53,239 nt of DNA, from positions 1 through 53,239 of IMG/VR virus record IMGVR_UViG_3300032360_000010; one strand, written 5' to 3'. This document shows, one piece after another, positions 1 to 9,468 of the stretch. Position numbers and translations under genes: made by a program. The notes below the pieces were generated by a model, which was not told the DNA's origin, ran no database searches, and worked only from the letters and a program-made list of their open reading frames with translations. Source of the stretch: a virus (Duplodnaviria; Caudoviricetes). Numbering within the stretch: position 1 is the first letter of the stretch; every line of letters starts with the position of its first letter.

Positions 1-2
1 GC

Positions 3-1175
3 GCTTGGTCGTCCAACTTGACCGTTCAGGTTATTGCCGGTGATGTTTCTGGTGTTCGTATCGTAGTTTCTCTTGATGGGGAAACGGTTTTGACGACTGC
101 TGACCTTACAACTTTGGATGCGATTATTAATACAATCAATGCTTCCAATGATGTGAAGCATCTTGTGACTATCGCTAAGGAAACTGGTGCGACCTTGACA
201 CCGGTCACCACGGTAGCGAGTGCGCTGACCGGTGGGGCTGATGGAACGCTTGTGACCAATGCTAGTTCTACGGACAACTACGTTGAGGCTTTGTTGAGAA
301 TCAGCAAGGATCTTGGTCCGGGTGCTGTAGCGATTCCCGGTATTGCTACGGCTACTGGTTATTGGCACGCTCTGATTGATCATGCGAGGTTGAATGATCG
401 GGTTGCTATTTGTTCGTTTGCTTCGTCTAATACGGCGGCTGGTTCTAAGACGGCCCTCAATTCAGCGTCACCTGCTGTTTATACGGATACCGACGCTCAT
501 TACAGTGCTTTCTACTATCCGTGGGTGAAGGTTCCAGATCCGGCTGAGGCCGGGTTGGCCGTGTCCATTGCTCCGGACGCCTATGTTTGTGCGAAACGTT
601 CCAAGGCCGCAGACGCTGCGGGTGGACCGTGGCGGGTTGGAGCAGGTTTGGTTTCAGAAGCCAAGTATGTAACCGGTCTGTCAATGCCCAGTACACAGTT
701 GATGGACAAGGCTACTGGTGACGAGTTGGACAACGCTCGCATCAATGCTTTGCGGGTTATCAATGGCAAGGTTCGTGTGTATGGCGCACGGTCGGCTTCT
801 GAAACGGAAAACGATTGGCGTTTCATTACATCACGAGACACTTTGAATCATGTGGTTTATCAGTGCGAGAAGCGCCTTGAGGATCATGTATTTCAAACGA
901 TTGACGGGCGTGGCGCTCTTTTCTTGAAGATCAAGAATTCAATTGTCAGTATTCTTGAGCCTATTCGCAAGTCTGGTGGCTTGTACGAGGCTTATGGTTC
1001 AGACGGAGTTCGACTAGATCCGGGTTATTCGGTGATTGTTGATAGTACCAATAACAGTGATGCCAATTTAAATATTGGTCAAGTTACTGCCGATGTTGCA
1101 GTTCGTGTGTCTGCTGTTGGTGATAAAATCACAGTTAACATCACTAAGTCGAATTTGACAGCCGGTGTTCTCTAA
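3..1175 (+). CDS. Contractile tail sheath protein, C-terminal part (5'-truncated by window edge)
   Basis: Frame is open from base 3. Sheath C-domain motifs YYPWVKV, GGPWRVGAG, INALRVINGKVRVYGARS, WRFITSRD. Followed by a tube-sized gene. Confidence 0.92.
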   Translation, partial: AWSSNLTVQVIAGDVSGVRIVVSLDGETVLTTADLTTLDAIINTINASNDVKHLVTIAKETGATLTPVTTVASALTGGADGTLVTNASSTDNYVEALLRISKDLGPGAVAIPGIATATGYWHALIDHARLNDRVAICSFASSNTAAGSKTALNSASPAVYTDTDAHYSAFYYPWVKVPDPAEAGLAVSIAPDAYVCAKRSKAADAAGGPWRVGAGLVSEAKYVTGLSMPSTQLMDKATGDELDNARINALRVINGKVRVYGARSASETENDWRFITSRDTLNHVVYQCEKRLEDHVFQTIDGRGALFLKIKNSIVSILEPIRKSGGLYEAYGSDGVRLDPGYSVIVDSTNNSDANLNIGQVTADVAVRVSAVGDKITVNITKSNLTAGVL

Positions 1176-1190
1176 AGGAGTGTAGTTTAA

Positions 1191-1637
1191 ATGGCTAAGA
1201 AACTTTCACAGCGTCAAGTCGTTGCAACGATTGAACCAGCATTAGGTCACGCAGTTACGTCCTTCCCTCGCTTTGAGGATTATTGGGCGCAGGTGAGTGG
1301 TGGGGAAATCACTGCGGCTGTTGAAAAGGTTTATGACGGTGGGGCACGTTTCCCAGAAACATTGTGTGCCCCTGCTGATATCGGTGACATCACTCTTACC
1401 CGTCATTATGAAACGACGCGAGATGGCGCTCCATTGGCTGTTCTTCGTCCTCTTGTGGGTGAGGCGTATTACAACATCACTATTGTCGAACTTGATTGCG
1501 ATCTTGCCAACCCGGCATCACAGCGGCTTTATACGGATGCCCTTTGCGTTGGGATGACTGAGACTGACGGCGATGCCTCTTCGGGCGCTCCGGCGGTTTA
1601 CAGCCTGACCTTCTCAATCGGTCCTCTGGCTGCTTAA
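1191..1637 (+). CDS. Tail tube protein (T4 gp19-like)
   Basis: 148 aa directly after the sheath, AAGGAG upstream. VSGGEITAAVEKVYDGG...DITLTRHY pattern typical of contractile tail tubes. Confidence 0.8.
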   Translation: MAKKLSQRQVVATIEPALGHAVTSFPRFEDYWAQVSGGEITAAVEKVYDGGARFPETLCAPADIGDITLTRHYETTRDGAPLAVLRPLVGEAYYNITIVELDCDLANPASQRLYTDALCVGMTETDGDASSGAPAVYSLTFSIGPLAA

Positions 1638-1726
1638 TCTAATAACCAAATAACTTAAACTTGAAATGCCCTTTAAACGGGGTGTATTATTCGGTTGATC
1701 CGAATGTCCTATCAGGAGTGTGAATA

Positions 1727-2242
1727 ATGGCAGAATCCGCCGACGTTAAAGAAACTATTACTATGGACTCTGGGTTGGAGGATAAAAAGTCCAAACCCAC
1801 CGTTCTTGAGCAATTGCGGGCAGAGGTCAGCAAAAAGGTTGAACGTCCGGAAATCGAAATTGATGTTCTAGAACGACCGGGGGTGTCCGTTCGTTTCTCT
1901 CCGAATATCACTCAGAATCAGTTGCGTGCTTGGCGAAAGAATTCCGGCGAGGATTCCAAGGATGGCTTTGATCCGTTGAAGTTTGCTTGTTATGTGGTCG
2001 GTACTTGCTGCAAGTCCATCCTGATTAAGAATCAGGTTGTTCAAGACCAGAATGGTATTGATGTGACTTTTGCTTCTCCTGAGATTCTAGAAATGACAAA
2101 CGATCTTCGTCCCATTCCGGATGGCATTCGTAGGTTCTATGGAATTGATCCCCACCTTGAGTCCACGGCGCTGGCTATTTTGGATCATGCTGGGTACGGC
2201 GATGAGGTAGCAACACAGGAAAACCCTACGACCGGATCATAG
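1727..2242 (+). CDS. Tail assembly chaperone (gpG-like)
   Basis: Lies between tube and tape measure genes; AGGAG RBS; ends ...ENPTTGS over a slippery heptamer. Confidence 0.75.
   Translation: MAESADVKETITMDSGLEDKKSKPTVLEQLRAEVSKKVERPEIEIDVLERPGVSVRFSPNITQNQLRAWRKNSGEDSKDGFDPLKFACYVVGTCCKSILIKNQVVQDQNGIDVTFASPEILEMTNDLRPIPDGIRRFYGIDPHLESTALAILDHAGYGDEVATQENPTTGS
2221..2227 (+). promoter_or_regulatory. Putative programmed -1 ribosomal frameshift site A_AAC_CCT
   Basis: X_XXY_YYZ heptamer in the correct phase with codons AAC CCT, near the end of the chaperone ORF. Confidence 0.65.
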
Positions 2243-2433
2243 AAGAATTACAGGAATCTCCTATGATTCAAACTGCGGCTAATTTGGGAGAGGTGTTTGG
2301 AACTGATCCTTTGAAATTGCTGGATGTTACTGAAGAAGAGTGGGCCATTCGGGTAGCATGTGGTGCAGTAATAGCCCAACAACGTGCAGATCAATTGGAT
2401 GCACAAAGGCAGGCTAGTGGTACGAAACGTTAG
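2221..2433 (+). CDS. -1 frame extension of tail assembly chaperone (gpGT-like); not in ORF track
   Basis: The -1 frame is open from 2221 to TAG at 2431-2433 (YDRIIEELQESPMIQTAANLGEVFGTDPLKLLDVTEEEWAIRVACGAVIAQQRADQLDAQRQASGTKR) and fills the gap before the tape measure gene. Confidence 0.75.
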   Translation, partial: KPYDRIIEELQESPMIQTAANLGEVFGTDPLKLLDVTEEEWAIRVACGAVIAQQRADQLDAQRQASGTKR

Positions 2434-2435
2434 AT

Positions 2436-2444
2436 TGATATAAT
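2436..2444 (+). promoter_or_regulatory. Extended -10 element TGaTATAAT upstream of tape measure gene
   Basis: Perfect TGn-TATAAT in the intergenic gap, 17 nt before the ATG at 2462. Confidence 0.5.
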
Positions 2445-2461
2445 TAGTAAAGGCCCGTGAT

Positions 2462-5400
2462 ATGGCGGTTGAGCAGAAAGTAGTTATTAGGGTCGAAATA
2501 GACCCAGATTTGGGCAAAGCCGCTGCTGTCAATGCTGCTCTTTTAGGGTTTGATAAGAATGCCAAAAGGGCAAATAGAAGTCTTAGTAAAGTTACCAATC
2601 GTTTAGATAAAGATTTTCAGCGGGCTTTAGGCAGAGTGGCATCAAAGTTGGGGGACTTTGGGGCCAAATTAATCAAGATCAATCTCAAAGCCTTTGGTGT
2701 AGAACTGTTTGCCGTGGTCGCTGGGCTGGTGGCCATGAAGGCGGCTTTGGCAGCCGGTCAAATGGTTATGCGCGCATGGCATTCCACTATTTCTTTTATG
2801 AAAGTAGGCGTTGCTGGCCTGACAGCGGGCATTATCGGTCTTGTTTCAACAATCGCAGCAGCCAACAGGCAGTTTGCTCAGGTGCAATTAGCACCGTTTG
2901 TGGGTGGCTTACAGGCGGCTCGTACCGCTATGAGTGGGATGCGGATGGGTTCGACGGCGCAGATGGGGATTCAAAACCTCACCTTGCTTGCGAACACACT
3001 GTCTCGTGGTGGTGTTGATTCCAGAAATGTCGGCATGTTGACACGGGCGTTTGGAAACTTTACTGGTGGGGATGTAAAAGCCACTCAAGGCATGGCTCAG
3101 GCTTGGACGCAGATGACGCAAACAGGCAACAAGTCGGTCATGGTCGATCAGATGAAGAGCATGGGTCCGGCTTACAAGGAAGCGACTAAAGCGTTTCAGG
3201 CATATGAAGGTGACGATTTGGTCGGGGCGATGATTCGGGGAGAGTTCACCCCGGACGCCATGAAGGGTTCTCTTGACAAACTTGATGACACCGTTATGGG
3301 TGGCTTCAAGGGAATGATCACCACGCTTTACAATCAACTTGCTGATATTGGTTCTGTGTTTCTAGTTCCGTTGCGTGATGCCATGAATGATGTAGAGAGG
3401 ATTCTTCGTGGTGGACTGTTGCGTGTTACGGGTATTTTGCAGTCGTATGGTTTGGGAACTTTTATGCCCGCTTTGGTCAGGGGTATGGAGAGGGCAACTG
3501 ACTTTTTTGTCAAGTTGATTCTTGAGGATCTTCCGCGTTTCACAGAGGTGATGGGAAAGATTGCCAATTGGTGGCGGGATTTCAAATCCGGTACTAGCAG
3601 GTTCTTTGGTGATCTTGGCGACAGCATGAGACAGTTTTCTGATTCAGGCGATCATGCGTGGCAATTCTTGAAGAATATGTTCGGTTCGGGAGGCATTGGC
3701 GGTTTCATTTCTGATCGAATGAAGGCGTGGAACGACATGATCGTACAAAATGCAGCCGAATTTGAATTGTTCGGTGAGCGTATAGGTGGAGCAATCAAGG
3801 GTTTGCTTGAAGTCATTACGGCGACAAAAGATGAGTTCTTTAATATTCTTCCGCAACTCAATGATTTCCTTTTGTTCTTGACGAATGAAGTTTTCCCTGT
3901 AATGCAAGATTTTGTTACTCAGTTCGTGAAAGCGTTCAAGCAGGCGCTGCCGGTTATCAGGAATGTTGTTTCAGCGTTTTTGCCTTTGTTGAGGGTTATG
4001 AATAGTTTGATCGGCGTTCTCGCTACGATGCCCGGTGGGCTGGGCGGTCTGGCCGTGTTGGGTATGGGCTGGTTGGGTATGACCAGAGGTGGTCGTGCTT
4101 CCATGGGTTACATGAGGGCTGGTGCGACGGGCGGTGCCCGACCATCTGGTGCATTCGCTGGTATCGGCTATGGCGTGGGGCAAGCCGGGTCGAATTTTTC
4201 GACGTACAGACAGGTTCTTAGGGCAGAAGGCGCTGGGAAAGTAGCGGCGACGACTGGCGCTGCGAAAGCAGCCTTTGGACAACAAGGGTTGACGGGCGGC
4301 GGGATGATGATAGCGGGCATGGTGCTTGGACAGAGCGGGAACGCGATCTTGGCCGGGTTGGGGCAAAGTCTCATGATGGGTGGCATGGGCTACATGATGG
4401 GTGGCACAAAGATGGGTATGGCTGCTATGGGCATGTCGGGTTTGATGGGCGCTTACAACGCACAAACTGCGACCGGGGGTGCCGTGTCGGGCGCGATGGG
4501 CGGTGGCCTGATGGCCGGTAGTCTGGGGCTGCTGGCGGTTGGGGCGGGGGTAATGACCGGGGGTGCAGCATTTGCAGTCGCGGGTCTGGCGGCACTCGGC
4601 GCTGGAGCATTGGGGTGGTGGAAGGGCGGCAAGAACGAGGATGAAAAGAATGCTCTGACAGAAACGGGGATGCGAGTTTTCGGTGAGGACGCTATGGCCG
4701 AATTTGCCGAAGGTGGCAGGGCTTCGATGACGGCGGATCTGAAAGATTTCAATGAGATCTTTTTGGATGATGACAAGTTCAAGGCTTGGGCACGGACGCA
4801 GGGTTTTGATGAGGATGAGGCGTTAAAACATCGGGCTGGAATCGCGGGTGGGGTCGCTGATTCGTTTAGAGAAAATCTGGCGTCCTTGGATCGGGCCGTA
4901 GGAACGATTGCCGAACGAACCGGTATGCACGCTGAGGATATTGAAATAGCGGCGGACAGAATGGGTATCGCTTTACGAGACACCAAGAGTTCTCTTCAAG
5001 ATTTTTATATGGGCCTGTACGAGCAGTACGAAACCAAGGACATGGCCTCAGGCATCCGCATGTACGCGGATCAAATTAATAAGTCTTTTGCAGATGTTGT
5101 TTTTGGTAGTCGTTTCCACAAGGGTGCCCGTGTAGATGAGGCTTTGGGTCAATCCAAGGCTGCTAACAATGTGATGTTGCAAGAGTTGTTAACTACTGGC
5201 ACCATCAGTAATGATTCTGCTGCTGCTGGTATTGATGCTGCCATCGCTCAGGGACAGGCTCTTGGTTTTTCGGGATATGAACTGGTTCAGTTTGTTGAAA
5301 GATTCGGGGAGGGGTGGCAAGCCGATATGGAGAAACGAGGACTGGGGAAAGGGGCTAAAAAATTCACTAACGAAATCGCAGCCTTCTCAGAGCGAACTTT

Positions 5401-5872
5401 TAACGATTTTGTAGACAGCGAATCTGTTAAGCAACTTCAAATCATGAATGAGGTGTGGGATCGTCCGCAACTCACTCGTGCAGGGTTGAGGGAGATGTGG
5501 ACGGAGGGCGACATAGAGCAAGAGTTGGCTAAGGCTAATATGGAAGTTTGGAAGTTGGCACGGGAAGCGAAGAAAGCAGAGACTGATGCTGTTGTAGCCG
5601 CTACGACGGCAATGTACACATTGGAGCGAGCGGCACTTGCCGCAGCGGCAGCGGAAAGTGCGGAACTGAGAGCGGAAGCAGAAACCGATGATCCGATTTT
5701 GATTGATATCAGAAACAACGGTGGCCAAGTAATAGATGGCGGCGTAGTGGGTCCGGGGGGTCTTACCCCCTCTGAACGCGCAGCAGCCGACGGTGCCAAA
5801 AGTTTGTCTGACTGGCTGGCGTCTGCACAGTCGTCGGGATACACACCATCACAAATAGCAGGGGGGCCGTGA
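2462..5872 (+). CDS. Tail tape measure protein
   Basis: 1136 aa, Ala/Gly-rich helical composition with hydrophobic Gly/Met-rich segments; canonical position after the chaperone. Confidence 0.88.
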   Translation: MAVEQKVVIRVEIDPDLGKAAAVNAALLGFDKNAKRANRSLSKVTNRLDKDFQRALGRVASKLGDFGAKLIKINLKAFGVELFAVVAGLVAMKAALAAGQMVMRAWHSTISFMKVGVAGLTAGIIGLVSTIAAANRQFAQVQLAPFVGGLQAARTAMSGMRMGSTAQMGIQNLTLLANTLSRGGVDSRNVGMLTRAFGNFTGGDVKATQGMAQAWTQMTQTGNKSVMVDQMKSMGPAYKEATKAFQAYEGDDLVGAMIRGEFTPDAMKGSLDKLDDTVMGGFKGMITTLYNQLADIGSVFLVPLRDAMNDVERILRGGLLRVTGILQSYGLGTFMPALVRGMERATDFFVKLILEDLPRFTEVMGKIANWWRDFKSGTSRFFGDLGDSMRQFSDSGDHAWQFLKNMFGSGGIGGFISDRMKAWNDMIVQNAAEFELFGERIGGAIKGLLEVITATKDEFFNILPQLNDFLLFLTNEVFPVMQDFVTQFVKAFKQALPVIRNVVSAFLPLLRVMNSLIGVLATMPGGLGGLAVLGMGWLGMTRGGRASMGYMRAGATGGARPSGAFAGIGYGVGQAGSNFSTYRQVLRAEGAGKVAATTGAAKAAFGQQGLTGGGMMIAGMVLGQSGNAILAGLGQSLMMGGMGYMMGGTKMGMAAMGMSGLMGAYNAQTATGGAVSGAMGGGLMAGSLGLLAVGAGVMTGGAAFAVAGLAALGAGALGWWKGGKNEDEKNALTETGMRVFGEDAMAEFAEGGRASMTADLKDFNEIFLDDDKFKAWARTQGFDEDEALKHRAGIAGGVADSFRENLASLDRAVGTIAERTGMHAEDIEIAADRMGIALRDTKSSLQDFYMGLYEQYETKDMASGIRMYADQINKSFADVVFGSRFHKGARVDEALGQSKAANNVMLQELLTTGTISNDSAAAGIDAAIAQGQALGFSGYELVQFVERFGEGWQADMEKRGLGKGAKKFTNEIAAFSERTFNDFVDSESVKQLQIMNEVWDRPQLTRAGLREMWTEGDIEQELAKANMEVWKLAREAKKAETDAVVAATTAMYTLERAALAAAAAESAELRAEAETDDPILIDIRNNGGQVIDGGVVGPGGLTPSERAAADGAKSLSDWLASAQSSGYTPSQIAGGP

Positions 5873-5875
5873 TAA

Positions 5876-6682
5876 ATGGCTGGTACAGCGAAGTTTTATA
5901 TTTCTCTCACTGATGGTGAATCTAGAGGCTCCCTAGTTGCTCAACGCTTGGCGTTGTCAAAGCGTTTGACGTTGCGTCAAATGCCGAAAGGTGAAGTCGC
6001 TAAGAAGTCTCCGGAGTATTTCAACGACGCGATAGGGCTTTATATTCCGGGGTTTGAATTCGATCCGGAGAGCGAAGTGATATTGAAGACGTTTGAGTTT
6101 CCCTATGGGCCAAAAAATATGACTTATGGCGGGAGTGAACTGGCATACACGGAGATTCAGCGTCCCAGTAGAAAGCCTTTGCTGCGTTCTGTTGCGCCCA
6201 AGAACAGAAAGATTGAGTTGTCTTGTGTGTTGGCGGATCGGCCAAGTCGGGGAAAGCAATCCATTGAGAGCGAAATAGCGTCTCTTGAGGAAATCGCTGG
6301 TGACGATCAGGATTTACTACTTCAATATGGTGGGGTTATTATTCCTTATCGTTTGCGTATGACAGCGTTATCTATTACATCGACGGATAAGAGTTTGAAC
6401 GGTGAGACGATTCGTGCAAGGGCTTCTATGGCTTTCGTGGAGTCGCATCCTTTGAACACGGAAATTATTCATTTGAAGGCAGTTCTGTTTGAACCAGAAG
6501 TTCCCGCTGAGACTGCCGACGAGGACGAAGAAGATGATGAGGCCGAAGACGCCGCTCACTACGGTGGTTATAACAATAGTGGCCTACATACTGAGGATCA
6601 CCCAATACTCAATCCGGCTGCTGAACGATCGGTAGGTTCGGACACCGTGGCTCAGAGATATGCCCAATTGGGTGTGAGTTAA
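5876..6682 (+). CDS. Tail tube initiator / baseplate organisation protein (P2 gpU/CIS tube-2 like), acidic C-tail
   Basis: Position after tape measure; FPYGP...YTEIQRPSRKPLL...RKIELSCVL pattern. Confidence 0.55.
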   Translation: MAGTAKFYISLTDGESRGSLVAQRLALSKRLTLRQMPKGEVAKKSPEYFNDAIGLYIPGFEFDPESEVILKTFEFPYGPKNMTYGGSELAYTEIQRPSRKPLLRSVAPKNRKIELSCVLADRPSRGKQSIESEIASLEEIAGDDQDLLLQYGGVIIPYRLRMTALSITSTDKSLNGETIRARASMAFVESHPLNTEIIHLKAVLFEPEVPAETADEDEEDDEAEDAAHYGGYNNSGLHTEDHPILNPAAERSVGSDTVAQRYAQLGVS

Positions 6683-6691
6683 AGTATTACC

Positions 6692-8233
6692 ATGGAAGAC
6701 TTAGGAAAGTTACGCTTCGGAGAAATTGGAACTGCCCGAACTGCTGAGATAACAGAAAGCGTAACCGATTTAGGTGTTGATTTAACGTCTAACATGACAT
6801 CTGAAATGTCAATACAAGTTTATGATCCGGGTTTCAAAATGTTTAAGGCCGATTATTTTCAGATGCGTCGGCCCGTTACTTATCGGGGACAATCTTATGA
6901 GATCGCACAAGCATCTGTCCAGCGGCATCCCAATGGACCGGATGCGGTGCAGGTTAAATGTCGGTCGGCTCCGATTCAAAGAATGAGACGGGATAAAGGT
7001 GCAGAAAATTGGAATACTTCTGCTGCCGGTTTTGCAAAACAAATGGCTGAGAAATTTGGGTTGCAAGCATTTATTCAATCCACTCCCGACAGAATCAATA
7101 TTACTCGTCAATCTGGTGATAATGCTGATGAGTCCTCATGGGATGTTTTGCAGCGTTTGGCAAGCGATTTGGATTATTTGGTTTTTGAATCTTACGGGGT
7201 TTTGTATTTTTCATCTGAGGAGTTTTTGGTTGAGCGTCAACCGGGGATTGTTGTAGATGTAGACGCTCCTGAAAATGATGCATGGTTTCCTTTCGGTTGG
7301 TCTTTCGCTACCAGTGATGACGATTGGAGGGGCAGTCAAGCGACGGTTTTGGTTCCACGAGACAATGGGAAGAAACTTCGACCGGGGATGACGGTAGCGT
7401 TTAAAAACGTGGGCAAGTTCGGTCCTAGTGAAACTACACACCCAGAGGATACGCAAAACTTGGAAACTGCGGATGCTGTTGCCACAACTCGTAAATATCT
7501 GATTACGAATGTGAGTTGGAAAGAAGGCGGTAATAACCCTGTTCAAATAAAAGCACGCACGCTTGTGGAAACTGATGACACTGTGGCGGATTCTTCTGTT
7601 GGTCTTGGTGTTATTCCATATGGGTCTAGAGAGTTGTGTAAGGGCGCTACCGGAACCGATGTTAAGCGATTACAGATGGCTGTTGGCATGGCGGAAAAAG
7701 ACCAAGACGGCGTTTTTGGTCCGATAACCGAAGGATATGTAAAGACATGGCAGCAACGAAACACATTGGGTGTTAGAACAGTAACGTTGATAGGCGATCT
7801 TGATCCGGCTGACCGTTCATTCTTTGGGGATCGTGAGCAGTTTGTGACTTATATAGGTGATGGGTGTATCAATGATGATGATTGGGCTGTGCTTTTGGCT
7901 ATGCCCGGTTCTACTTTTCCTTTGATGGTGGCTGCCACGGAGGCTGAAGACCCAGCCGATATCAAATTTTTTGAAAGAGCCAGAATTTTGGCAGAGGAGA
8001 ACGCGAAGAAAAATCTGAAGGCAGCGACAGAGGCTGAAGACGACGCCGATCGAAAGTTTTTCGATAGTTCTTATCAGCCGGATCCTTACGACGTAGAAGG
8101 CAGGGAAGGTGTCGAAGAAACGAAAGGTATCGAATCAACTATAGATCCAGCAGATCTTAAATTCTTTAGTGGCTTGTATTCCAACCCAAAGAAGCCTGAG
8201 CCGAATCATCCGATGTATGGGTACCACGGCTAA
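6692..8233 (+). CDS. Baseplate hub (gpD/gp27-like) with C-terminal peptidoglycan-binding domain
   Basis: ESSWDVLQRLASDLDYLVF...GVLYF hub motif; LCKGATGTDVKRLQ...DGVFGPITEGYVKTWQ matches PG_binding_1. Confidence 0.7.
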   Translation: MEDLGKLRFGEIGTARTAEITESVTDLGVDLTSNMTSEMSIQVYDPGFKMFKADYFQMRRPVTYRGQSYEIAQASVQRHPNGPDAVQVKCRSAPIQRMRRDKGAENWNTSAAGFAKQMAEKFGLQAFIQSTPDRINITRQSGDNADESSWDVLQRLASDLDYLVFESYGVLYFSSEEFLVERQPGIVVDVDAPENDAWFPFGWSFATSDDDWRGSQATVLVPRDNGKKLRPGMTVAFKNVGKFGPSETTHPEDTQNLETADAVATTRKYLITNVSWKEGGNNPVQIKARTLVETDDTVADSSVGLGVIPYGSRELCKGATGTDVKRLQMAVGMAEKDQDGVFGPITEGYVKTWQQRNTLGVRTVTLIGDLDPADRSFFGDREQFVTYIGDGCINDDDWAVLLAMPGSTFPLMVAATEAEDPADIKFFERARILAEENAKKNLKAATEAEDDADRKFFDSSYQPDPYDVEGREGVEETKGIESTIDPADLKFFSGLYSNPKKPEPNHPMYGYHG

Positions 8234-9396
8234 TGGCTAAAAAAGGTGCAAGTTCGTATAAGGGTTCTGGTTACAACCGTAAGCGTCCTACCAAGGCGTA
8301 TTCGCCCGGACAGCCCATATCTGATGGATTTCATGAAGGTGAAGTAACTGAGGTTGTTACTTCCACTACGGACCCATACACGATCAAAGTTTCTGTTAAT
8401 TCGTTGGGCCACAATAACGTTCCAGCACTGTTCTATATAGGGTCTCCCCCAAGAAAGGGAGACAAAGTAATGGTTAGTTTTATTGCTAACCGTCCAGATG
8501 ACTTGTTGGTTATCAATCCGCAGCATCAATTAGGTGATGGCACTGCATCGGGGGTTGTTCGTTTCGGTGGACAGACCTCACAGTGGGGGCACACGCTGAG
8601 GATCGACCCCACGGAGTATGTCGGATCTAATCGTGCATCCATCATGTTGGATAACACGACCATGGGAACAGATGGTTCTGGGATTGGAACGGAGGGAGAC
8701 TGGTTCGTTTTTGATGAGAAGAATGACTCATACAATCTGCACCACACCGGGCATGACGAGAAGGTCGATGGTGGGTTAACTGTTAGAGCGTCGGGGACAC
8801 ATACCACCCCGGCGGGCACGTTTGAGCGGTACATCGCCTTCGCCCCAAGTTACGACTGGGGGGGAACCGAACGTGGCAGTTTCTTCACCAATAATACCTA
8901 CACTGACTTCTCATTCCATGGAACGACATATCAGTACGGCTGTCATCCATTAGCAAATAATCAATACTCGCTTGGCTACGAGGGAGTGCGATGGAGCGAA
9001 CTATTTTGCTCCAATGGAACGATAAATACGTCCGATCAAAATGAGAAAACAGATATTGCTGATTCTGATCTGGGGTTGGATTTTCTCAAAGCCTTACGAC
9101 CCGTGAAGTTCAAATGGATTGAAACTGAAGGTAGGGCAGGAGTCAGGACACACTACGGGCTGCTAGGGCAGGAGGTCGAAACAGTATTGGGGGATGCTGC
9201 TTCTGATACAGCCATCTGGACTAACGCACTGATCGAAGCACACCCTGAATTACCGGCTGACCCCGAACACAATGTTCGTGCCGTTCCTGCTGTGGAAGAA
9301 CATCACGAGCAAGGACTTCGGTATACGGAACTGATTGGACCGATTATCAAGGCTATTCAAGAATTAGAAGTTCGCATTGCGGCCTTGGAGAGTTGA
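8233..9396 (+). CDS. Baseplate spike-like protein (gpV-type OB fold) with C-terminal intramolecular chaperone (peptidase S74)
   Basis: N-terminal GEVTEV...IKVSV...PPRKGDKVMVSF...DDLLVI; C-terminal TSDQNEKTDI...LRPVKFKW...HYGLLGQEV...YTELIGPIIKAIQEL. Confidence 0.75.
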   Translation: MAKKGASSYKGSGYNRKRPTKAYSPGQPISDGFHEGEVTEVVTSTTDPYTIKVSVNSLGHNNVPALFYIGSPPRKGDKVMVSFIANRPDDLLVINPQHQLGDGTASGVVRFGGQTSQWGHTLRIDPTEYVGSNRASIMLDNTTMGTDGSGIGTEGDWFVFDEKNDSYNLHHTGHDEKVDGGLTVRASGTHTTPAGTFERYIAFAPSYDWGGTERGSFFTNNTYTDFSFHGTTYQYGCHPLANNQYSLGYEGVRWSELFCSNGTINTSDQNEKTDIADSDLGLDFLKALRPVKFKWIETEGRAGVRTHYGLLGQEVETVLGDAASDTAIWTNALIEAHPELPADPEHNVRAVPAVEEHHEQGLRYTELIGPIIKAIQELEVRIAALES

Positions 9397-9468
9397 TAGT
9401 TCTATACTAATAGATGGTTGAAGAGTGGAATACATAAGCCGACCCGGCCTGTACGGCCAAGGTAAGAA

